Positions 1-12,607 are shown, numbered from the stretch's first letter. The stretch is 64,000 nucleotides of DNA from Malacoraja senta (GCA_038087875.1 CM075992.1:11162001-11226000), one strand, 5' to 3'. The notes: generated by a model from the letters alone, not told the origin. Program-made: numbers and translations.

Positions 1-1327
1 GATCATCCCGAAGAAGTTGGTGGACTTCTTCTGGGGCAATGGAAAGCACTGGGTCTCTGCAGCGGTCCTGAGTCTCCCGATCGAGGAGGGCTGTCAGTCG
101 CTGGTGTGCATTCGCACCAAGTTGGCGGCTCTCCACCTCAGGACCTTGCAGAGATACCTGTACTCAGGGCATCCTCCCAGGTGGCACATGCTGGCGACGC
201 ACTTTTTCCAACGGGGCCGCTGCCTTCAAGGAGGTACGCGGATCTCGATGGTGGGCGTCAGCCGTGCGGTCCTGATGCGGATGCCCGGCTTCTACAGGGA
301 CTTGTTGAGAGTCTGGAACCTGGTTGCTGTCGACCAGCCCCCCCTCCGCCGGCGGAAGGTGACGGCCCGGGCGTGTGAGCAGCCAAACCTTGTCCCGCCC
401 CACCGGGTGTCGGGGGGGCTCAAACGTGTGGAGTACCTGTGGTTGAGCAAACACCCGCTCAGCCGCAAGTATTCATCGGACCCAGGCGCCGTAATCCTTC
501 CCGGGAGCCGGTCCCACACAATTTAAGCCGCCTTTCCTCAACACCTTTCATCTCCCTCCAAGATGCAGGGAGGCGTGTCCTGTACGGGCTCCTCCTCCAC
601 ACCCTGCACTTCCTCGCCCTGGTCCACCGTCCGGACACCAAGTGGCGGACGGTGTCGCGAGGGGGGCCACCGGTGGGGGTCCCACCACACAGGGATTCTC
701 CCCCTCTACATTGGGGACCTGGGGTGGAGGGTATTGCACCGAGGTGTTCCCTGCAACCTCGCGCTTCACCTCTCTCGTGGTTCAGACTCGCCAGCCGCAT
801 GCCACTTTTGCGGGCTGGAAGAGTCTGTGTACCACGTGTACATGGAGTGAGTGAGGCTGCAGCCACTGTTTGAATACCTAAAGGGGCTGCTCCTTGCCTT
901 CTGGCTGCATTTTGCATCCACCATCCCCATCTTTGGACACCCTGTGCCTAGGGGAGAGGGTAGGGCTGAAGATGTCCTGCTTGGGTTGCTCCTGGGCCTG
1001 GCCAAGCTGGCCATCCGTGAGTCAAGGCGCCAGGCGGTGGAGGGCTTTACCAGACCCGGCTGCCTGCCCCTGTTCCGGGGTTACGTCCGTGCCCGGGTGG
1101 GGTTAGAAAGGGAATACGCCAAGTCCACGGGCACCCTGAGGGAGTTCCGGGACCGCTGGGGTCTCCAGAGTGTTGAATGTATCCTCAATAAGGATTGTAA
1201 CATAGTTGTATAGTAGTTTATTATGGATATATGTTTATATTGTATTATGGTGGTGGGTTCTGGCTTGATTTATTGTAGTGCAAATATTGTTTTTTAATAA
1301 TTGAATAATTTTTTTGATTTTAAAAAA
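1..1327 (+). mobile_element. 3' end of Tx1-clade (L1 group) non-LTR retrotransposon, decayed ORF2 C-terminus plus 3' UTR
   Basis: Frameshifted frames encode VDFFWGNGKHWV, DLGWRVLH, a CCHC-like CHFCGLEESVYHVYME and LLLGLAKLAI, typical of Tx1-like ORF2 C-termini. An AT-rich 3' UTR with an A/T tail follows at ~1295-1327. Confidence 0.85.
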
Positions 1328-1956
1328 GGGATATGAATCCCCATCCGACAGCTCTCAGGATCACTGGAGTACACAAGTCTCTCCTCCATGTCAAGGTTGC
1401 AGTCCAGGAGAGGTCCTCACTGTAATGGAAGGTAAAATGTTAGGCCGCAATGCAGACCGAGATATGATACAGAAAGATATCGCATCTCTGTCGAGGTAAG
1501 AGATTAGAAAAAGTTTCCTCCAACCGCCCCACGCCCCCAGCCCCCATCCCCTGCACCCCTCCAACCCCCCACATAAAACAAGCTAAAGATCACTAAAGAC
1601 ATACATATAACACATACTAGACTAAGTGGGACCCGTTGGGTCCCAGCATCACACGGGAGGGCTGGTCACCCAAGCATTATTCCACCTCTCCACCAATTCC
1701 AATATTGCTGGCCGTTGGGGGGGGGGGTTCTGTTGCACTAGTATGGGTGTTGTGGGCCGAAGGGACTGGTTTCCAGAGGGATAGTATGGACATTGTGGGC
1801 CAAATGGATTCTTGGGCTGACAGCTCAGTCACTGAGGCCTGGCAGTACAGTCACTCGTACCTGGCAGGCTGGCAGCTGAGAAACTGCCAGAAATTCTGCC
1901 CAAAACAGGTGACAGACTCTGAGAGAGAATGGGGAGAGGATGGACTGAATGGAATA

Positions 1957-2269
1957 TTGGGCTGGCAGTTCAGTCACTTACGGATGGTGGGCTGGCAGTT
2001 CACTTAATCACGGCGGGTGGGCTGGCAGTGCAGTCACTCACGGCTGGTGGGCTGGCAGTTCAGTCACTTACAGCTGGTGGGCTGGCAGTCCACTTACTCA
2101 TGTCTGGTGGGCTTGCAGTGCAGTCACTCACAGCTGGTGGGCTGGCAGTTCAGTCACTGACAGCTGGTGGGCTGGCAGTTCACTTACTCACGGCAGGTAG
2201 GCTGGCAGTGCAGTCACACACGGCTGGTGGCGTGGCATTTCAGTCACTCACAGCTGGTGGGCTGGCAGT
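1957..2269. repeat. 30-bp minisatellite, about 10 copies
   Basis: The unit ~GGTGGGCTGGCAGTTCAGTCACTCACAGCT repeats in tandem and produces the repetitive ORF 1929-2309. Confidence 0.95.
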
Positions 2270-2666
2270 ATCCTTAAAAAAAAAATCGCAAACCGTATGT
2301 GGGTTTTGAATTACATTTTACTCAGATGCCAAGGAATGGCATAATTGTTAGCTGTTAATTGGACATAATCAACCTCAGCAAATTGACACTATCCTATTGA
2401 AAGGGAGTGGGTGTTAAGCTGTCAGGACATTTTATTATTTGATAAAATATACATCTCAATAGCATAATGATAGAAAACTTTTCCACACACCACTCGTAAG
2501 TCGAGATTTTTTTAATGATAAATTTATCTTCAGAAGCGTTTTCTTTTTGCATGCAAAAATCCACTTCAGAACCATGGGCGGTTTAAAAATTTTACAGACA
2601 GATTTATCACTTCTGAAACTTTTTAGATATCAAAGGAATCAAGAAAAAACACAAATAATGCCTTAC

Positions 2667-2883
2667 TGTTGATGAAATGCAGTGAGCAAACGCGATAATT
2701 CCCAATATTTTCAATCTCGATATCTGCACGGCCAATGTTCGCCAAGCACTTTAGCTGTTGTTGTCCCTTCAGCTCTCGCTTCTCTTTACCTTCATTTCTC
2801 TTCACTTTTGGAATTCTGAAGTAAGATAGATGTCTCTCATGGTTACCCCGACTTCCACAATTATTTACAGCGCAAAAAATCAC
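2667..2883 (-). pseudogene. THAP (C2CH zinc-finger) domain exon fragment
   Basis: Sequence CAVNNC...YFRIP...(W>C)LANIGR...RVCSLHF matches the THAP consensus. The domain ends at a GTAAG donor (2666). The conserved Trp appears as Cys and there is no ATG start. Confidence 0.75.
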
Positions 2884-3028
2884 AATTTTGGCGTTTTTTA
2901 ACAGGTAGGAAAGTACGCGTTTCGTGTATTAACAACATATACCGGAAGCTGCGATGTCCTCCAGATGGATTGAGCGGTTCCTTTCGTCAAGCCCTTTCAC
3001 CCGGAGACCTTACGTGCAACCCCCCTAT

Positions 3029-3168
3029 ACACACACACAACTCTCAGACACATACTCACACAGACTCACTCACACAGACACAGACACACACACACACACA
3101 CAGACTCACTCACAGCCACACACACACAGACTCACACACACACACACACACAGACTCACTCACACACA
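3029..3168. repeat. (CA)n/(CAGA/CACT) microsatellite
   Basis: Direct inspection. Confidence 0.95.
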
Positions 3169-3418
3169 ACCAATACTAAAATGCCAAGTAACTTCAGAAC
3201 GTGGTGAACATAGTGTGTAAACCGAATGATTCAAACGATTAAAGCCTCCTGAGTTTTCTGCTGAAGCAAAAACATGTTTTAAATAACGTCCAACAAACAC
3301 ACTCAACATACGACAGAGCAGTAAGCTCTCTTAAATTATTCAACGACGTCTTCACTCTGTGCCTTCTGCACTCAGCGCCATCTTGCCACGAACCGGAAAT
3401 GACGCACTCGGAGCCATC

Positions 3419-6088
3419 TTTTTAAATATTTTTTTTAATTAAAATTTTTATTAGAGGTATCCGCATATCATAGTCCAAACCAATACAAACTTTGTTTAAC
3501 GATTACATATTAAATATCCAGGGTTCCAGGGATCCAGTTACCAAAGTAGCTGGGGTCCTTTATCGGTTACATATTAACATTACCTCTAATTATTTATTTA
3601 TGTTTATAGATAATAAAACTAAAGAAATAAAGAGAAGAAATTAGAAAAATAAGATAAACTATCAATAATACAATTTAGGAGATAGGTCCGTAGGTCAGAA
3701 AACATAACTATTCATCTAGTCCTGGGTTCAGGTTTCAGTCAGGCCTCTGCGCCGACCCAGTCTACCCCTTCAAATAATCTATAAATGGAGACCATATTTT
3801 AGTAAATAATTCTGGTTTGTCAATTAAGACATATCTATTTTTTTCCAAATGTAAGGTCTCCGACATCTCCATAATCCACATCTTAATTGTGGGGGTTGCA
3901 GGGTTTTTCCAAAATTTTCATATTAATTTTTTCCCAATTATTATACTGTAATCAAGGAAATGTCTTTGGTTTGTTGTAAGTTTTAGGTATTGTTCTGATA
4001 TGCCCCAATATTATTAATTTAGGATCGGGATCCAGTTGAGTATTAACAACTGTAGAGATTATTTTAAAAATATCCATCCAGTAATTTTTAATTTTTATAC
4101 AATTTACAAAAGTATGGGTTAAATTACCCGCCAAATATTGGCATTTATCACAGAAAGGAGAGATATTAGGAAAGATTATATTTAATTTTGTTTTAGAATA
4201 GTGCAGTCTATGTGGTACTTTAAATTCTATTAAAGAATGTCTGGTATTTAATGAGCATTGATGTATATGTTGTAGACTTTCATCCCAAATATCTTTTGTT
4301 ATGGGTTGGGCTAATTCATTTTTCCATGCTAGTCTATATAATTCCGTCGACGGAATCTCACTGTCTAAAAGAGTATTATAAACGTAAGATATTAATTTAA
4401 CTGTATTAGGGTGTTTATTCAAACGTTCATCTAGAATCTCTGGTTTTCTAGTTCTGTAATTCTTGTGTATGTGATTTAACATAATCTTTAAGTTGTAAGT
4501 ATCTAAAAAAAATATTTGAATGTAATCCATAATTCTGTTGTAGCTCCTGAAACGAGAGAAAAATACCATTTCTATAAAGTTGTCCCATCTTTTTAATTCC
4601 ATGATTTTTCCATTGTACAAAACCTTTATCCAACACAAAGGGTTTAAATGAAGGATTATTTGCAATGGGGAGAGAAAGTGATAAATTATCCAATTTTAAT
4701 ATCGTTTTTAGTTGTTTCCAAATTCGAATACCACTATATATTATAGGGTTTTCACTATAGATTTTTTAATTCAATTTTGTAGGAGCTAACAGAATCAGAC
4801 CAATTTCAAAAGGCAAACAATCTTCCATTTCCATCTTTAACCAGTCTGGTTGTTGATCCATATATTCCAACCAAAAATTCATATTTTTTACATTAACTGC
4901 CCAAAAATAAAATAAAAAATTTGGTAAAACTAATCCTCCTTTGGTCTTGGGTTTGCATAGGTGCTTTTTGCTTATTCTGTGGTTCTTATAATCCCAAATA
5001 AAACGTGTCACTATAAAGTCAACTTTTAAAAATAAATTTTTTGGGAGATATATTGATTGAAAAAGGTATAGCAATTGCGGAAGGAAAATCATTTTTATAG
5101 CATTAACTCTACCGAGCATTGAAATGAGAAGTGTTTTCCAGTATTGGATATTCTTATGCAATTTATTAAGTAAAGGCATGAAATTTGATTTAAATAAAGA
5201 AGTATATTTCTTTGTCACATAAATTCCAAGGTATTTACATTTTTCATTGACTATTCTAAAAGGTGAGTGTTGCAATATATATGAATTAGGTTCCGTTATT
5301 GGCATAATCTCCCTTTTATTCCAATTAATTCTATATCCCGAAAATAAACCAAATTATAAGATTTAACAAGTGATTTCTGGATTTGTAATATATAATAATA
5401 CATCGTCTGCATATAGAGACATTTTATTAACTGTATTTTTAGCATTATACCCATATATTTCTAGATGTGCTCTAACTCTTTCTGCTAGTGGTTCAATAGC
5501 AAGGGCAAATAATAACGGGGATAACGGGCATCCTTGTCTGCAATCTTTAGATAAATCAAATTTTGTTGATAACATTTGATTTGTCATTATTCTAGCTGTT
5601 GGGTTAGTGTATAAAAGCTTAACCCATGTGCAAAACTTCTCACGCAATTGAAATGTTTCCATCACCGAAAATAAATAGTGCCGTTCCACTTGAACGAATG
5701 CTTTCTCAGCGTCTAACGAGATGACTGCTAGATCTACATTAGCTATTCTATTTCAGTATATAATATTAAATAATTGTCTCAGAATATAATATGAGTAGCG
5801 TTTTGGAATAAAGCCTGTTTGGTCAGGGTGTATTAATTTATGAATCACTAAACTTAATATATGGGCTAAAATTTTGGATAATATTTTCTGATCGGTGTTT
5901 AAGAGAGCAATTGCTCTATATGAACCTGGGTCTTCAGGGTCCTTATTATTTTGGGTATAAGTATTATTGTTGATTCATTTAAAGTTTCTGGTAGTTTCTG
6001 TTGCATGATGACATGAGTATATAGTGTCTGTAGGCGTGGAGAGATCAGATCATGGAATTTTTAAATATAATCTGCTATTTAAACCATC
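3419..6088 (-). mobile_element. 5'-truncated L1 (ORF2 RT to C-terminus, 3' UTR, poly-A), decayed
   Basis: Contains RT motifs RQGCPLSPLLF and SLYADD, then GRVNAIKMIFLP and CDKC..LTHTFVNC. A T-run at 3419-3437 is the poly-A. It is related to the L1s at 29.5 and 55.5 kb. Confidence 0.93.
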
Positions 6089-6244
6089 GGCACCATCTTG
6101 CCGCTAACCGGAAATGACGTCATCAGCGCCATCTTGCCACTAAGTGGAAGTCACGGACTGAGCGCCAATTAAACACAATCCTGATCTAATAAAATGTTTA
6201 TTCACGCTTTATCCATCCGAAAACTGCTGCAAGCTCCTTAAAAT

Positions 6245-6385
6245 CCAAGCCAATTTGGCAAACACTTTGCAGCCAACACATTTTCTGAAAACTCTTTAAA
6301 AGCCAAGACAATTTGGCAAACACTTTGCAACCAACACATTTTCTGAAAACTCTTTAAAAGCCAAGACAATTTGGCAAACACCTTA
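6245..6385. repeat. ~56-bp tandem repeat, about 2.5 copies
   Basis: CCAAGACAATTTGGCAAACACTTTGCAACCAACACATTTTCTGAAAACTCTTTAAAAG is repeated. Confidence 0.85.
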
Positions 6386-7049
6386 CAACCACATCGAGGG
6401 GACTCACCGTGGAGTAGACGTGCGTTCAGTGTTATTCGCAGCTCATAGAGCCATGACCCTCTCGCTTCCTCCATCTCGCAGAGACTGAGTGAGGCACGAC
6501 ACTTCCGGGTTTTATAGTCCCTCCCTCCTGCCGTCAGCGGGGGCAGTAGAGAGGGTGACATTTTAAAAAACATTAATAATTCTCTGATTTTTCATCGATG
6601 GGAAAAATCCTCAGGTCCAATCCGGCGGAGGCGGCCTCTGAGCGAGGTGGCCAAAAATGACGGCGGTAAGTGGCAGCGTTCTTTTCGGAAATCACGAAAC
6701 AGAAAGTCAAAATGCGGTCAAGATTTTAGTTTTAGTAATATAGATTATTAAAACACAAAGAAGGAAAGGACAGACTGTTGGCGAGGCAGCCGCTGCTGGC
6801 GCCACCCGGTGGTCTCTACAGGACCCGAAACATCACCCACTGGCTTCTCTCCTGAGTTACTCCAGCATTTTGTGTCTACTGGAGTGATGTGTAACTGGAT
6901 GATATTATAGGGAGGATTTGATCAGACCAAAGTTCCGCTGGATGCTGACCTCTGCAGCCGTCTAATCGCTGCACGAACAGCAGTTTCTAGTTTATCGTGG
7001 TCATCTATTGACATTCCGGACTGCAGCCGCCACCACTTGCACAAAGCAC

Positions 7050-8300
7050 CCTAGGGGGAAATCCTGTGGGGACGGGGGACCTGCCCCCCCCCCCCCATGT
7101 TTTGAGAGGTGGGGAACAATTCCCCACCCCCCCATGTTTTGTGAAACGTGTTGCAGTAAAACCGTAGCCTCCAGAGTCGGGTCGCAGCCGCAACGCCACC
7201 ACAGCCTCCGAAGTCATCCAGGTCCGTGATGGTAAATCCACAGTCTCTGGGACAGGAGCCCTCAAGGTCGATTCCAGTTGCAGGCCGCCAGCATCTAGAA
7301 TCTAGCAGCCTGGGACTGGCTGTAGTGCCCAGGTCAGCTTGCTTTCCCCAGGTCTGGCTGCAGTGCCCAGGTCGCCTGCGTGCCCCGGGACTGGCTGCAG
7401 TTCCCAGGTTGCCAATTGAAAAAATATACGCCTGCGGGCCAGATGATTTTCGGTTACGATTTTCGACCCCTGTCCTAGATATCAGGTCTCATTGTGACCC
7501 CTCCCCCCCCCCCATGTTTTAAAAGCAAATTAATTCACTCGAACGTTTGTTTTTCTTTTGCATTGCCGACAATCCAAGAACGATTGAGAAAACCAATAAA
7601 AACTCATGGTTTGGGAGGTGCGACATATTCTCGCTTGAGGAGCTGCCTTATAAATTGGCACCGAGCAAGATATCGATGCAATCATTAGTGATCAACCGAT
7701 TACCCGCGGGCTGGCGAGGCCACTGTTTGGTGTTTAAATGTTTATTGTACCATTGCTTCACGTTGAGGATTGGGAGACCCGTTCACAGTCACTCGCAGCT
7801 TCACCGTTATCGCTACCCTGGACAATGTCCCAGACCGCTGTCCTTCAGATACGGAGCATCCTGCCCACCCGTGTCCCAGAGCTGGAGCTCCGGTCGCCAA
7901 CACACCCTATCACCCAGATACCTGCCCTACAGATCAGTAGCGATCCTCAACCTCCCCCGAGCGCTCCCGATCGCCTCTCCCCTCTATCCCAGACTGGGAT
8001 CCACGATGCCGGCCACACTCTCGTGCCAGACACCTGCCCACAGCTCCAGACACCGTGCTGGCACCAGATCCCCTTGCCGGCCAGGTGAGACGTTTGGCGA
8101 CCGCCGCGGGGCGGCGAAGGCTGGAATCTGGATACACACTTGTTGGCTGCGAATACGTACATGGGATGCTGGGTGAGGAAGGGGCATCCCCCCGCCACAC
8201 ACACACATATATACACACACACACATACACATTCATACACGAGGACGGTGATCAGTGATCGCTCAGCCCCCCCACTTTCAAAAACACTCCTCAGCCCCTG
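7050..8300. mobile_element. Probable remnants of non-autonomous DNA transposons (hAT-like termini)
   Basis: Repeated CCCCCCCATGTTTT subterminal-like motifs (7090, 7130, 7505) and a GCCCCTG end at 8300. No matching TIR pair or TSD was verified. Confidence 0.3.
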
Positions 8301-8434
8301 AGTGTAGTCCTCGTGTCTTGTCAAACCTGGCAAATGAATATGATCTTGGCTAATCTGCCCCAGGCCTCAACTTCTATCCTGTGCCTGCTACACGTAGCGC
8401 TCAGTTCCCCAATCTTTCAAAAATGTGTTTAAAA

Positions 8435-9588
8435 ACCTGGTCTCCCATCTATGGGAAGGACATCATTAAGCTGGAAAGCTGCAGATAAGATTTACAAGGA
8501 TGTTGCCAGGTTTCGGGGGGTGGGGGGCTGAGCTATATGGAGAGGTTGGAAGGCTAGGACTTTATTCCCTGGAGTGCAGGAGGCTGAGGGCTGATCCTAT
8601 AGAGGTGTTTAAAATCACAAGAGGAATAGATGGGATGAATGCAGCGAGTCGTGATCCCTGGGTAGGTGAATCAAAAACAAGAGATCATAGGCTACCAGTG
8701 ATGGGTGTAACATTTAAGCTTTTTCATCCTTCAAAATCGAGCAGACTGAACAGTGAAGAATCTACTTTAAAAAATCAGAAGGAAAATACAGCAAAAGAAC
8801 CATTTTTATCAGGAGAATTAAAACAGCAGTCTTCTGATTGGCTAAGGGACAGTTCAACCAATAAAAGGAAAGGAAGGTTTAGCGGAGCGACCTGGGTGTG
8901 CTTTTTACATCAGTCATGGAAACTAAGCATGCAGGTACAGCAGGCAGTGAAGAAAGCCAATGGCATGTTGGCCTTCATTGTGAGAGGATTTGAGTTTAGA
9001 AGCAAGGAGGTCCTACTGCAATTGTACAGGCCCTGGTGAGACCGTACCTGGAGTATTGTGTGCAATTTTGGTCTCCTAATTTGAGGAAGGACATTATTGC
9101 TATTGAGGGAGTGCAGCGTAGGTTCACTAGGTTAATTCCTGGGATGGCGGGATTGACGTATGATGAAAGAATGGGTCGACTGGGCTTGTATTTGCTGGAA
9201 TTTAGGATGAGAGGGGATCTTATAGAAACATAAAACCTTTAGAGGATAGGACAGGGTAGATGCAGGGGAAATATTCCTGATGTTGGGAGAGTCCAGAACC
9301 AGGGGTCACAGTTTAAGAATAAGGGGTAGGCCATTTAGGAAAAACGTTGTCACCAGAGAGTTGTGAATCTGTGGAATTCTCTGTCACCGAAGGCAGTGGA
9401 GGCCAATTCACTGGATGTTTTCAAGAGAGAGTTAGATTTAGCATTGAGGGCTAAGGGAATCAAGTGATATGGGGAAAAACTGGAACGGGGTACTGATTTT
9501 GGATGATTAGCCATAATCATATTGTATGGTGGTGCCGGCTCGAAGGGCCGAATGGCCTGCTCCTGCACTTATTTTCTATATTTCTATG
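8435..9588 (+). mobile_element. Two CR1 LINE 3' fragments (8435-8715, ~8880-9588)
   Basis: Motifs [23 protein letters not shown] and RMRGDLIET, followed by the CR1 tail GGCCGAATGGCCT...TTTCTATG. Confidence 0.9.
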
Positions 9589-10663
9589 CAGCGACCATAT
9601 TGAGGCCAAGTGTAGAACTCAGGCTTTGCCTCAAGAGACTTCAGCGAGAAGAGCTGAGGAAAGGAGTGTTGAGGTAGCGGGCGAGTCAGGTTCAAGCCTG
9701 GAGGAGGAACAGCAGCAGTGGGGAGTTTAAAAAGCTGTTGGGAATAAAGTAGGGATACACGGTCACATGATGTGCTTTAGCTGCATAATGTGGGAGCTGG
9801 TGGACCCCATTGTGGTTCTTTGTGACCACATCTGCAGCAAGTATTGGTTGTTCGAGGAATTCTGGCTCATCTTGATGACCTGGAATCTGAGGTACAAACA
9901 CTACGACCCATCAGGGACGGGGAGAATTTCCAGGAAACTCTATACCTGGAGGCAGTCATACCCATTAGGTTACGTACTTCGAATTTGGTCCGTGTTCAGG
10001 AGAAAGAAGGGTGACTGCAAATGGGGCAGGTCGGGGGGACCGAAGAGGCAGTGTTAGAGAAGCCTCAGCCCTTCAGCTTGTCTAACAGGTCTGAGAGTCG
10101 TGGCCCTTGTGGATGAGAGTGGGATCTTGGGAAGGATGAGCAACCGGAACATGGATCAAGGAGCCATTCAAGAAGGGAGACGGAAGATATACATTGTTGT
10201 AATTGGGGATAGTATGGCATGGGGATTTTGATTGCCAAAGGCTGTGTTGCCTGCCTGGTGCCCGGGTTTGGGACATCTCTGACCTTCAGAGGAATTTAGG
10301 GGAAGTTCCATTTGTCACGGTCCATGTTGGTACCAACGACATAGGTGAAACAAGAAAAGAGGTTCTGCTGATGGAAATTGATGAGCTAGGAACTAAATTA
10401 TAAAAGCAGAACCAAAAAAGTAGTTATCTCAGAACTGCTGCATGAGACACGAGCAAATTATTCCTGGAGGAGTCGATGAGATTAGGAAGTTAAACATGTG
10501 GCTCACAGATTGGTGTGGGAGAAGTAGGTTTGAGTTTGTGGGACATTGGCATCAGTATTAGGAGGGAGCTGTTTCAATGGGATGGACTCCACCTGAATCC
10601 TGCTGGGACCAAGGTCTTGATGAATTGCATAACTAGGGCCATAGGTAGGGCTTTAAACTAAGT

Positions 10664-12607
10664 GTGAAGATGGGACACAAAATGCTGGAATAACTCAGCA
10701 GGACATGCAGCATTGTGGAGAGAAGGAATGGGTGATGGTTTGGGCGAGACCCTTCTTCAGACAGAGTCAGGGGACAGGGATTTCAGCGGTATGGAAGGCT
10801 AAGGTGTGAAAACGACAGATCAAACCAGCGGATACAGTGGATGAGTTTGGAGGAGGTGCAAGTGAACCTCTGCCTCAGTTGAAAGGACTGTTGGGGTCCT
10901 TGGACGGTCGAGGGAGGAAGTATAGGTACAGGTATTGCATCTCCTGCGGTTGCAAGCGAAAGTACCTGGGGAGGAGGTGGTTTGGGTGGGGAGTGATGAG
11001 ATAACCAGAATTTTACGAAGGGAACGGTCTCTGAGGAAGCCGGAAAAGGGTGCAGATGAGAAGATGTTGCTAGTGGTGGGATCCCGTTGGAGGTGGTAAA
11101 AATGTCGAACGATTGTGTGCCATATGCGCCGGCTGATGGGGTGAAAGGTGACGACTCGTGGACGTCTATCCCTGTTGCGGGGGGATGAGGAGCAAGAGCA
11201 GTTGCAGGATACTGAGGAGACCCTTGTGAGGGCCTCATCTATGATGAAGGAGGGGAACCCTCGTGGATGGAGGAATTGGGAGGAATTTTCAAAGATGAGG
11301 CCCTCACTTGGGTCTCCACGGTATCCTGCAGCTCCGCTCTTGCCGCCCTTCCCCATAGCCGCAACAGGGACAGAGACCCCTTGTCCTCACCTTTCACCCC
11401 ATCAGCACATATTTAGTTTAGTTTAGCGATACATCATGGAAACAGGCCCTTCGGACCACCGCATCTGCACTGGCCACCGACCCCCGCACACTAACACTAT
11501 TCTAAACACACCAGGGACAATTTACATTTATACCAAGCCAATTAACCTACAAACCTGCACGTCTTTGGCGTGTGGGGGGAAACCGAAGATCTCGGAGAAA
11601 GCCCATGCCGTTTCATGGGGAGATCGTACAAACTCCGTACAGATAACCATATAACCATATAACAAATACAGCACGGAAACATAGCACGCATAGTCAGGAT
11701 CAAACCCGTGTCTTTGGCACTGTGAGGCAGTAGTTCTACCACTCGCCACCATGCTGCCGATATTCCTCCAACATTTTTGCCACCTCCAACGGGATCCCAC
11801 CACGAGTCATATCTCCCGGTCTCCACCCATTTCCACTTTCCGCAACACCTTGGATACTCATCACTTCGCACCCAAACCACCCCCTCCCCAGGTACTTTCC
11901 CCTGCAACCGCAGGAGATGCAGCACCAGTCCCTATACCTCCTCCCTCGACTCCATCCTTTCAGGTGAGGCATAGGTTCACTTGCACCTCCTCCAACCTCA
12001 TCTACTGCACCTGTTGTTCCTGATGTGCACCCCTATTTATTGGCGACACCAAGTGCAGGCTTGGCAATAGTTTTAGTGAGCACCTCCACTCGGTCTACTC
12101 CACATAGGCCTACAGGATCTCCTGGTTACTAAACACTTTCACTCCCATTACCATTCCTATATTGCTTTCTCTCCTGGGCCTCCTGCACTGTCAAAGTGAG
12201 GCCCAATGCAAATTGAAGGGACAGCACCTCATATTTCACTTGGGCAGCTTACAACCAAGCGATATGAATATTGATTTCTCTAACTTCAAGTGACCCTTGC
12301 TTTCCCTCTCTGTCAACCCCTCCCCACCCTAGTTGTCCGACTAGTTTCACTGTCCTTCTGATTCATTTTACTGACTGTATGCCTCCTTGACACCTTCCCC
12401 TCGGCTAACAATGGACCATTCTACATTTCCTTAATCAGCATTTGCTGTGATCTGTCGTTTTCACACTTTGCCATTCCAAATCTCTCAACTCCTACTCCCC
12501 TGACACAATCTGAAGAAGGGTCTCGACCCGAAACATCACCCATTCCTTCTCTCCAGAGATCCTGCCTGTCCTGCAGAGTTACTCCAGCATTTTGTGTATA
12601 TCTTCAC
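10664..12607. mobile_element. Penelope-like element with inverted partial copy (tail-out palindrome)
   Basis: Segment 10664-11245 is an inverted copy of 11292-12607. It encodes GIY-YIG remnants (CNRRRCNTC, FTCTSSNLIYC). A 12-bp flanking direct repeat TTTAAACTAAGT/TTGAAACTAAGT is present. Confidence 0.85.
11412..11755 (-). mobile_element. tRNA-derived V-SINE (HE1-like)
   Basis: A/B box-like head (TGGCGAGTGG..GGTTTGATCC), V-core GGAGTTTGTACG..CTCCCC, CR1-like tail and (TAAAC)n end. Confidence 0.8.

Larger units (their letters stand above)
1617..6744 (-). mobile_element. Non-autonomous Helitron (rolling-circle transposon)
   Basis: On the minus strand it starts A|TCTATATTACTAAAAC at 6744. It ends with hairpin TGGGACCC-AAC-GGGTCCCA (1627-1645) followed by CTTAGT-CTAG|T at 1617. 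Insertion is between A and T with no TSD. No Rep/helicase ORF is present. Confidence 0.8.

Noticed and set aside
1957..2269. CRISPR-like array
   Set aside because: Units are contiguous with no unique spacers, there are no cas genes, and the context is eukaryotic.
1929..2309. Repetitive ORF (TAGGLAVQSL)n
   Set aside because: By-product of the 30-bp minisatellite.
7547..8333. Long GC-rich ORFs (also 38190-39440, 40598-41324, 47845-48452, 51584-52410)
   Set aside because: No recognisable domains. Overlapping open frames are expected in GC-rich or low-complexity repeats.
11690..11755. tRNA gene (also 15720-15786)
   Set aside because: These are SINE heads followed by a V-core and LINE tail, with no intact cloverleaf.
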